Shown piece after piece: positions 19,918 to 27,163 of a DNA stretch of 32,000 nucleotides. The position numbers were made by a program, and so were the translations under genes. The DNA lies in assembly GCF_001308265.1 (NCBI RefSeq), contig NZ_CP012023.1, forward strand, positions 602,932 through 634,931, given 5' to 3'. The notes beneath the pieces were generated by a model that saw nothing but the letters and a program-made list of their open reading frames with translations, was not told the DNA's origin and made no database searches. This DNA is from Celeribacter marinus. GTDB taxonomy: Bacteria > Pseudomonadota > Alphaproteobacteria > Rhodobacterales > Rhodobacteraceae. Numbering within the stretch: the first letter of the stretch is position 1; each line of letters begins with the position of its first letter.

Positions 19918-20547
19918 ATGTTGCAAAGGAAAATCAATGCAGCTTGGGAGTACTGGCTAGAAAAGGACGATTGGAACGTTTTTGCGACGTTGAACTTTGG
20001 CCATCTGTCACTTTTGGAAGGCAATCGAAGCGACGCAGCTGGAAAACTTTGGCGCAGCTGCTTGTCTACAGTCGACCGCGCCGTTTACGGCCAAACAAGA
20101 AAGAACCAGCCTCGCTTTAATCGCGTCGCATTTAGACACAGTGGGGCAAACGGAACGAACCCGCATGTCCATATTCTACTAAGATCACCTATTCCAACGC
20201 ATGAATTCTGCGTGGCGCTTAACGCAATATGGGCGACGAAGTTTGCTCCCGCCGCAAATCCTGTAAGCAACTCCATCGCCCCAATTATCACTGTCAAAGG
20301 CGCAATAGGTTACGGACAACACGAAGAATTTAGGAACGACATTGGTGCTTTTGACGACAGGCTAAGTCACAGCACTTTGGGGCCAGCGCATCATGTTCGC
20401 GCTGATGCTCTGCAAAGGCTCCATGCTCAGGCATCTAAGGCAAATTTAGTTAAGGCACGATTGGCATTGCCCGATCATATTAAAACTACTCAGGCAAATT
20501 TTGATCGACGCGAACGTATGAGGGTTGCAGCACTGCTGTGCGTTTAG
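19918..20547 (+). CDS. HUH-motif Rep-like protein (putative rolling-circle replication initiator or relaxase-like nuclease)
   Basis: Motif-1-like 'VFATLNF', HUH motif 'NPHVHILL' and downstream Tyr candidates ('AIGYGQHEEF'). 209 aa. Confidence 0.45.
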   Translation: MLQRKINAAWEYWLEKDDWNVFATLNFGHLSLLEGNRSDAAGKLWRSCLSTVDRAVYGQTRKNQPRFNRVAFRHSGANGTNPHVHILLRSPIPTHEFCVALNAIWATKFAPAANPVSNSIAPIITVKGAIGYGQHEEFRNDIGAFDDRLSHSTLGPAHHVRADALQRLHAQASKANLVKARLALPDHIKTTQANFDRRERMRVAALLCV

Positions 20548-20683
20548 ACCTAGCATCTAGCACCACTAAGAATTTTTGCATGTGGCTTGGTTTTCCAAGT
20601 CACATCCTTGTTGTGCGTAAAACAATTAACACAAAACACATCAGTTCAAACCGACAACGGTAAATACACAGAGGCATTAGACG

Positions 20684-20971
20684 ATGACACTACTTGAAAC
20701 GACATACAGCCATTTGCGCAAAGCCGGACTTGTTAGCTGCGCGGAAGCGTTCAGCACCAGTTATTTGGGCAAGAACAAAAACTGGTACGCTTTCCAAACG
20801 CACAGCGAGCGCGATTTTAGCGTTGGCGCTGCTGTGCAGTGTTTGCGCTCAATACGCTCCAATAAAGCGCTTGCTGGCTTGGACACACAGCAAAGAGCGG
20901 CGCTGGATGGAGCTGAGCGTGATTTGCTGGCCCATTTGAACAAAATGTACTTGGTAGCAGACGTGATCTAA
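20684..20971 (+). CDS. Island hypothetical protein (95 aa)
   Basis: ATG-initiated ORF with the same orientation as its neighbours. No motif recognised. Confidence 0.45.
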   Translation: MTLLETTYSHLRKAGLVSCAEAFSTSYLGKNKNWYAFQTHSERDFSVGAAVQCLRSIRSNKALAGLDTQQRAALDGAERDLLAHLNKMYLVADVI

Positions 20972-21118
20972 AATGTTATAGAATTACTAATCCATAACAT
21001 TGTCACTCAATCTCAAGCAAAAACAGTGACTTGCTGAAATTTCAAAATCAGGTCGTTTTGCGAAATGTTATATATTACAATCACTTACAACAAAACCACA
21101 TGTTGTAGGGATAAGATA

Positions 21119-21697
21119 ATGAAACAAGCCAAGCTCCTATCAGATGCTGAACGCAAACGCCTTGCCGCAGTGATCGACAGCAAGCGCTACGCAACGCGCA
21201 ACCACACAGCCGTAGCGCTCAGCTTTTACGCGGGCCTACGTGCTTGCGAGATTGCTTGGCTGCGTATTGGTGATGTTTTCGAAGCTGGTAGCGCTGTGCG
21301 TGACACGATTTACCTGAGCGCAGCGCAAACGAAGGGCAGCTCGGGCAATACTGTATTGGTGAACAAAAAGCTGGCGACAGCGCTCAAGCGTTATGCTGCT
21401 GCTTACCCCAAACGCCTTCAGCAGCCAAATGTACCCGTCTTGTTCTCCGCAAAAGGATCGGGCTTTACAGCGCAGACGACTGTGAACCTGTTTCAAACGC
21501 TCTACAAAGCCGCAGCAATTGACGGTGCCAGCTCGCACAGCGGTCGGCGTCAATTTGTAACCGAGCTAGCTGACAAAGGGGTAAATGCCCGCGTTGTACA
21601 AGCACTAGCTCGGCACAAGCATTTGAACACGACCATGCGCTACATTGATTTAAACGAAAATAAGATGAGGGCGGCTGTTGAGCTGATCAACTACTGA
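21119..21697 (+). CDS. Small tyrosine recombinase (catalytic domain only, ~192 aa)
   Basis: The ATG at 21119 is preferred (MKQAKLLSDAERKRL...). Catalytic signature: 'GLRACEI' (Arg), 'SSHSGRRQF' (H-x-x-R) and 'ARHKHLNTTMRYID' (His...Tyr). No N-terminal core-binding domain is present. Confidence 0.8.
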   Translation: MKQAKLLSDAERKRLAAVIDSKRYATRNHTAVALSFYAGLRACEIAWLRIGDVFEAGSAVRDTIYLSAAQTKGSSGNTVLVNKKLATALKRYAAAYPKRLQQPNVPVLFSAKGSGFTAQTTVNLFQTLYKAAAIDGASSHSGRRQFVTELADKGVNARVVQALARHKHLNTTMRYIDLNENKMRAAVELINY

Positions 21698-22203
21698 AAC
21701 TTGTGCTGTTGTGCTAGAACGGCAAGCTCTTTGTTTAATTTGGGACTTGCCAAATGTTGACCCCATTTCCAAACGCAGTATTCAGACGTGCAATCAACAA
21801 TTCCCGCTTTCCTCAGTGCTTCAAAGTTTCCCTTACCTATTTTGCTTATGGGCTTTAACTGCTCGACCATAGCGCCCAAGTACCCGTGCTTTTCAATTAA
21901 TCGTTGCGATTTTTTGTCTATTTTTTCAACTGCTATCACAGCATGCCAAATCCGTTCTGCAACGCTATCCTCAACAAGTTGGTTGCCGCTCACTTGCGCT
22001 GGACTGCTGACTTGTGACTGAATAATTCGCACACCAGCATACCGCGCAACTTGACGCATTGCTTCACTGCCTTCTGGACCATGTGCTCTTGACCAAAAGC
22101 CCTCTAACGACTTCTGATCTGTAAGACTATCTAGCTCCGCAATTTCATCAGAGTATTTTTCGCGCAAATCGGACAATGCAGGGAGTGGATCTTTATATAT
22201 CAT
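21691..22203 (-). CDS. Island hypothetical protein (170 aa)
   Basis: ATG-initiated ORF. Its convergent end overlaps the recombinase gene by 7 nt. No motif recognised. Confidence 0.5.
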   Translation of the reverse strand: MIYKDPLPALSDLREKYSDEIAELDSLTDQKSLEGFWSRAHGPEGSEAMRQVARYAGVRIIQSQVSSPAQVSGNQLVEDSVAERIWHAVIAVEKIDKKSQRLIEKHGYLGAMVEQLKPISKIGKGNFEALRKAGIVDCTSEYCVWKWGQHLASPKLNKELAVLAQQHKFQ

Positions 22204-22644
22204 GGTGTGTAGCGCCTTATAACAACGACATTTTCACCAATCACGCTACGCAGAACGCTAGCTCCTTACAACAATTTTCACTATGCCTCTCAACCCCAAG
22301 CGCAACCTTCTCGTGCAGAACATAACGACCAGCATTTACCTGCGTTTTTGACCCAAAACCATGTGCTATCAAGTTAGGCGCACAGGCTTAACTGGCTTTT
22401 TGGCGTCGAGCTTACGTTCTTTACTTTTAAGCTTTCGTGCATTCTTCTCAAAGTCAGTCGTCTGTGCACGTTTGGCGCGTTTCGGCGTGCTTTTTAGTCC
22501 TGCGTTATAGTCCAATATCTCCCATATGTGCAAAATCACCACCTCAAATCTGTAAGTACTTCCCTACTTGAAACTGCGCTGTAAAACTTTTGTCAGCTAA
22601 CAACCCCTTCAAGCGTTAAATATTTATGCACGAAAAATTTACGC

Positions 22645-23274
22645 CTAAAATTCGTCGTCTTCCATCTGCTTTAGAAATTCCTCTAGCCGTGACTTCGCTT
22701 CGCTTGTGTTTTCCCTGTCTGTCCCAGCCGCTTCACGCTCCAAGCCGCGTATTGCCCACTCAACTACGTCAAGCTTTAAGTCTCGCTTCGAGCGTTTATT
22801 GCTCAGCAAACCGCCGCCATCGCTTTCCAGGCTCCTGCTTGTAATAACCATCGGTACTGTACCGGGAGTTAGCCCTAGTGTACTGCTGTCCGTGTCTCTA
22901 TCAAACCAAAGACGCAGCCCAGCATCTGCTGCGATGATCTCATCCAAGTAAACGTGCAGTCGTTCAAAAAGCGTGTCGGCCTGTGCAAAATGCTTTTGCG
23001 CCACCTTGCTCTTGCCGCGCGTACTAGCGCCCTCACCTTTGTTGTAGACAAACGTCGCTTTTCGCAATCGCGCTTCGTATTCCCGCACCTCATCCGGTTT
23101 ATCTTTTAACTCAGCACGCAGCTCTTTTTGATCAGACCAGGCTTGCACGTAACTGGCAAAATCCTCTTCAGTCAACCAAGCTCGCAACTGCCTGTTTTGG
23201 ACAATAGCCCCACCTGCTAGCTTGGCCGCTATCTTGCGCAGTTTCTTTAATCGAACTTCAGGTTTGTGTGCCAT
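22645..23274 (-). CDS. Island hypothetical protein (209 aa, charged and helical)
   Basis: ATG-initiated ORF with a basic N-terminus and an acidic C-terminus ('MEDDEF'). No motif recognised. Confidence 0.5.
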   Translation of the reverse strand: MAHKPEVRLKKLRKIAAKLAGGAIVQNRQLRAWLTEEDFASYVQAWSDQKELRAELKDKPDEVREYEARLRKATFVYNKGEGASTRGKSKVAQKHFAQADTLFERLHVYLDEIIAADAGLRLWFDRDTDSSTLGLTPGTVPMVITSRSLESDGGGLLSNKRSKRDLKLDVVEWAIRGLEREAAGTDRENTSEAKSRLEEFLKQMEDDEF

Positions 23275-23940
23275 AGCTCACCTTCAAACAGTTACTGAGG
23301 TCCATCACATTCGCACCCGCAAATAGAATTCAACCCTTCATAATCGGGTCAGAGCTCGATCCAAACTATCTGCCAGGGAGTAGTTAGCCAAACACAAAAG
23401 AGCACGGTTTTGTTACGCCTGACGCGCAGTACCTGGGTCACTACAACACATGAATCTAGCACCGCGCAATTCACAACCGGCACCTCCATTCACTTACGCA
23501 GCACGCCAACCCAAAACTGGCCGCACGACCTAATTGAAAGTCTAGGGCTGCATGTGCGACAGGAATGGCGCATCCGGCAAACCAGAGATGGCACACAAAG
23601 AAGGCATGATTGATTGAACGGCAGACTAGGCACCTAATGAACTGATGCGCATCATGTTTTACCTTGAATTGCTTCCACGGCTGGCTCATGCTTCAATGAA
23701 ATGACGAAGAAATTTTGATCAGTTTTGTCTTTTTTATAGTTTGGCACATATGAGGTTTTGCATCGAATGACGCGGGTATTTTCCCAAAAGGCGGGGCTTT
23801 GAATAACAATTTTGCCGCGGTATTTGTATATGCTCGAGAGGCAGCGATCCGTCTGGACTTAACCTGGAATCATAATTGGACGAGCTTTTTCCGCCGCACC
23901 CTCAGCATCACTGCGAGGAGAAAAAGCCATCGCACAGGCG

Positions 23941-23971
23941 TTGACAATCATCATACACGGCATCATATGAT
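23941..23971 (+). promoter_or_regulatory. Candidate sigma70-type promoter with overlapping 10-bp palindrome upstream of the three-gene operon
   Basis: TTGACA (23941-23946), a 19-nt spacer, then TATGAT (23966-23971). The perfect palindrome atcatatgat (23962-23971) overlaps the -10 element. The ATG at 24004 follows gaagggg (23991-23997). Confidence 0.3.
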
Positions 23972-24003
23972 ACCACGACAGCATCGTGCCGAAGGGGTGC
24001 GCG

Positions 24004-24360
24004 ATGTCAATTGACAGTGGATTACGCAAGGAGCTTGCAAAGTTTTGCAGTAGTAAGCGGACTTATCGAAGTGACTTTTCACCGACCATGCCAACTCACT
24101 GGTCGCCACAACACGTTAGACATCCCGATACAGGAGAAGCATTCACTGACCCGGGAGCTTGGCGTTTTGTAAAAGATTTGTTGGAAGCCGGGCATCCTGT
24201 TGAAGTAATCACACTCGATAAACCGCCTGGAAAGAAAGGTTACGTCCTAAAGTGCAAAGGCTACTCCTCGGAAATAATCTATATCAAGTTGCAGATTTTG
24301 TCCGGTTTTGTGATCGGCCGGAGTTTTCATGTGAGCGTAGTTAGAGAAAAACAACAATGA
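24004..24360 (+). CDS. Putative toxin, MqsR/RelE-fold-like (weak similarity)
   Basis: 118 aa from the ATG at 24004, which has a good SD. The C-terminal 'IIYIKLQILSGFVIGRSFHVS' resembles the terminal strands of MqsR ('VYLKITVIHDVLIVSFKEK'). The stop overlaps the next start (ATGA), in the toxin-first order of mqsRA. Confidence 0.45.
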   Translation: MSIDSGLRKELAKFCSSKRTYRSDFSPTMPTHWSPQHVRHPDTGEAFTDPGAWRFVKDLLEAGHPVEVITLDKPPGKKGYVLKCKGYSSEIIYIKLQILSGFVIGRSFHVSVVREKQQ

Positions 24361-24851
24361 CAAATAATGTAAATAAAGACACATGTATTGTATGCGGAGC
24401 GGCGGCTGTCGAAATCCAGACAATGACGCAGCAATTCGCTTACGCTGACAAGAACAGGGATGTTCTTTTGACGGCAGATGTACCTGTCGAGCACTGCCAT
24501 GAGTGTGGTGAAATACTGCTTGGAGTACAGGGTCAGATTGCACAGCATGAAGCGGTTTGTAGCTATCTTGGACGCTTGTCACCAGCCGAGATCAAGGAGA
24601 TCCGTACAGGAATGAAGCTCTCACAACTGGCTTTTGCAGAAAGAATAAATGCTGGTGTCGCTTCAGTTAAGCGCTGGGAAACTGGGATGGTAATCCAAAA
24701 CGCATCAATGGACCGTATCTTGCGTCAGGTAAACGACGAGGCCGACATTCCGATGCAAAGACGCGCACGAATTACGCCAGTCTTTAGAACTGAAATTAAG
24801 CCGCACATGCTAGCTGCGTCCAAGTTATTTCAGTTGCGCCCGAGCGGTTAA
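24357..24851 (+). CDS. MqsA/YgiT-family antitoxin (zinc ribbon + XRE-type HTH) with ~39-aa C-terminal extension
   Basis: CxxCG (C10,C13) ... CxxCGE (C47,C50), then 'LSPAEIKEIRTGMKLSQLAFAERINAGVASVKRWETG', which is the CxxCG_CxxCG_HTH architecture of MqsA. Residues 126-164 have no counterpart in the 131-aa E. coli MqsA. Confidence 0.8.
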   Translation: MTNNVNKDTCIVCGAAAVEIQTMTQQFAYADKNRDVLLTADVPVEHCHECGEILLGVQGQIAQHEAVCSYLGRLSPAEIKEIRTGMKLSQLAFAERINAGVASVKRWETGMVIQNASMDRILRQVNDEADIPMQRRARITPVFRTEIKPHMLAASKLFQLRPSG

Positions 24852-24857
24852 CGCAAC

Positions 24858-26705
24858 ATGTATACCATCACATTCTATTCGTACAAAGGCGGCGTCGGAC
24901 GCACCATGGCCTTGGCAAACGTTGCTACGCTCCTCGCTCAGAAAGGCAAGCGTGTCCTCCTTGTCGATTTTGATCTCGAAGCGCCTAGCTTGCCAAATTA
25001 TGGCGGACTTTCTGACCTAGTCATTAAACATGGACTTGTTGACTACATCTCGGCTTATCGAGAGACGGGCAAAGCGCCAGATGTGGCGGAGCACATCTAT
25101 AAATGCCACCAAGACGGCAATCCGATCTGGATAATGCCAGCAGGCGATACATCAACAAAAGACTATTCCAGAAAACTAGCCTCGATAGACTGGCAAACGC
25201 TTTATGACGATGAAAAAGGATATTTATTTTTCGAGGATCTGAAACAACAATGGCAAGTTTTCGAACAAGAGGGATTTGATTACGTCCTTATTGACAGTCG
25301 AACTGGACATACTGATGTTGGTGGTGTGTGCACACGTCACTTGCCGGATTTGGTAGTTGCTATGTATCTTCCGACGATGCAGAACATATCAGGGATGGCG
25401 CCTATCATTGGTGAAATCCGGAATGAAAAGTCCCGAGCTAGCAACCCAGTTGAACTGGTGTTTTGCGCGTCTAATGTGCCGGAACTTGACGATGAGCAGC
25501 AAATACTCAGTGATCTATTGAGGACAGCATCAGATCGGCTCGACTACGAGGCTAATGCACTGAATATTGTCCATCACTATGGCAGCTTACACGTGCTTTC
25601 ACATGCGATCTTCGTTCAAGATAGGCCGAACTCACGCCTTGCTAAGGAATATAATAGCCTCGCGCGCAGCGTCATATCTCACAACTTAGAAGACGCTGAC
25701 GGAGCAAAATTGGCTTTGCAGCGAATTATTCGGGAAGACATTCGCAGCCCTCAAACTAAATCAAAGAATACTCGGGATGAACTTGCGGCAAAGGTTGATC
25801 AAATCTTTTCGAGGCACAGGCATAACAGTGAGATATCAAACCTCGTTGCGCGAGTTCGTTCTGCAATTGGTGACTTCGAAGGTGAAATTTCAGCGTTGAC
25901 CAACGCAATCGAGTTGGGTGACGGAGGGGCCGGTCTGCGCTTTCGTCGAGCTCGTGCGTATCAGGCAATAAACATGACAGATAGGTCTGTCGAAGATCTT
26001 CGGCACATCCTCAAACATGAGAGGGTTACGGGCGCTGAATTGACAGCGGCATTGAGAATGTTGGAAAGGACCGACAAACAGTATGATGATGTATTAGATC
26101 AGCTTCTGGAGCGTAGCGATTTAGATCTTCCAATGTTAAATTCGATAGCGGAGGTTGCTCAACGAAACAGGCGACACCTTAGAAAGTTTGCGGACCATTT
26201 AACCCGCACTATAGCACGCAAAGAAGAATCGGAAAAAGAGAGAGCCTACGCCAACCATCACCTTGGACTTGCACTTATTGGCTGTAGTCGGTTTGATGAA
26301 GCTGATGCGAAGCTGGATTCAACTTCAGAAGCATCCAAGCTCGACCTGCCGAACAGGTTCAACCACTTCATCGCAATGTGGGGTGCGTCTGGGACGCCCG
26401 ATATAGGTATCGCGCATGAATTGCACGAAGTGATGTCTTTTAGAAAATCTCCAAGAGATGACGCTAACTTCCTGCAATGCCAAGCGGTCATTAACGCTGT
26501 TCTGGGTGACCACAAAGAGGCATTAGCAGCATTGGATCATGCTGATGAAGTTGCACAAAGTCTAGGAGGGCGGATATTTAGTTGCTCCTCCTACCTCTAC
26601 CTTGAAACTGAGGCATTTGTTCAGGAAAATGAGCAGCTTCGCAGTGCAATAAAAGAGAACGATCAGGTATCACTACGTATCTTCAATTCATCCAGTCAAA
26701 ACTAA
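24858..26705 (+). CDS. ParA/MinD-fold ATPase with variant Walker A (KGGVGRT) fused to a C-terminal TPR-like helical-repeat domain
   Basis: 'FYSYKGGVGRTMALANVA' is a deviant Walker A with Arg in the P-loop Lys position. 'VLLVDFDLEAP' is switch-like and 'DYVLIDSRTG' is Walker B. From about residue 330 there are TPR-like units ('RFRRARAYQAINMTDRSVEDLRHIL', 'ANHHLGLALIGCSRFDEADAKLD', 'FLQCQAVINAVLGDHKEALAALDHADEV'). The gene starts 6 nt after the antitoxin stop. Confidence 0.8.
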   Translation: MYTITFYSYKGGVGRTMALANVATLLAQKGKRVLLVDFDLEAPSLPNYGGLSDLVIKHGLVDYISAYRETGKAPDVAEHIYKCHQDGNPIWIMPAGDTSTKDYSRKLASIDWQTLYDDEKGYLFFEDLKQQWQVFEQEGFDYVLIDSRTGHTDVGGVCTRHLPDLVVAMYLPTMQNISGMAPIIGEIRNEKSRASNPVELVFCASNVPELDDEQQILSDLLRTASDRLDYEANALNIVHHYGSLHVLSHAIFVQDRPNSRLAKEYNSLARSVISHNLEDADGAKLALQRIIREDIRSPQTKSKNTRDELAAKVDQIFSRHRHNSEISNLVARVRSAIGDFEGEISALTNAIELGDGGAGLRFRRARAYQAINMTDRSVEDLRHILKHERVTGAELTAALRMLERTDKQYDDVLDQLLERSDLDLPMLNSIAEVAQRNRRHLRKFADHLTRTIARKEESEKERAYANHHLGLALIGCSRFDEADAKLDSTSEASKLDLPNRFNHFIAMWGASGTPDIGIAHELHEVMSFRKSPRDDANFLQCQAVINAVLGDHKEALAALDHADEVAQSLGGRIFSCSSYLYLETEAFVQENEQLRSAIKENDQVSLRIFNSSSQN

Positions 26706-27065
26706 ATTTTGGAAATTGAAGCCGTCTCATAGAAGTTCAGCAACTTGATGAACGCTATAATCTATCTGCAGTCTGGTGCTACCAACGACCGCCCTCTCTG
26801 GGAGCACCAAGGCATCCGATCGCCTAAACAACGACTGCCTGACGTCGGTGCTTAGCTTTGAGTTTGGCTGACAGATTGCAGTTATAAAAGCGAAAAAGTG
26901 CACGGTTTCTTTACGCTTATAATAGATAGATGAGCAGCTTTCGCATGCTTAAACTAGGGTCGCTAAGCCCCCAACCTGCGCCTTCATACGCCAGCATAGC
27001 TGACCGCACCTAAGACGCGCTGTACGCAGCAATTTGACGCCTGTGTGTTACTTCAAAGTTTGAAG

Positions 27066-27116
27066 TTAGCGCATGCGTTTTGCAGCCAGCTCCATCGCTT
27101 CAAGCTTTTTGCGTGC
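27066..27116 (-). pseudogene. Remnant of the 3' end of a second, related integrase gene
   Basis: The minus-strand reading gives ARKKLEAMELAAKRMR*, compared with the intact integrase C-terminus ARRKLDAMQSAAKRRR*. The DNA includes an identical 14-mer tgcgttttgcagcc and roughly 80% identity over ~50 nt against 28220-28270. Nothing upstream is homologous. Confidence 0.5.
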
Positions 27117-27163
27117 CCTGTTGACTACAATCAATCTGGTTAAAGCACAGAAGATCTTTTTGG

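Noticed and set aside
22369-22533. Small lysine-rich ORF (about 54 aa, '...LDYNAGLKSTPKRAKRAQTTDFEKNARKLKSKERKLDAKKPVKPVRLT') on the minus strand between the 170-aa and 209-aa genes
   Set aside because: It has only non-ATG start candidates (TTG at 22531-22533 after gagg-N8). I cannot assess conservation. It is plausible but not supported well enough to list as a feature.
23410-24014. ORFs 23410-23613(+), 23471-23689(-) and 23799-24014(+) in the long region upstream of the operon
   Set aside because: They overlap one another, lack convincing ribosome-binding sites, and give Cys/His/Arg-rich implausible peptides. I treat the region as non-coding or regulatory, or possibly decayed gene remnants.
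24858-26705. Interpreting the ParA-like gene simply as the partition ATPase of an excised replicating island
   Set aside because: No ParB-like partner or centromere-like repeats follow it. The Walker A is the KGGVGR variant, and more than half of the protein is a TPR-like domain. It is also translationally packed behind a TA-like pair. A partition role is not excluded but seems the less likely reading.
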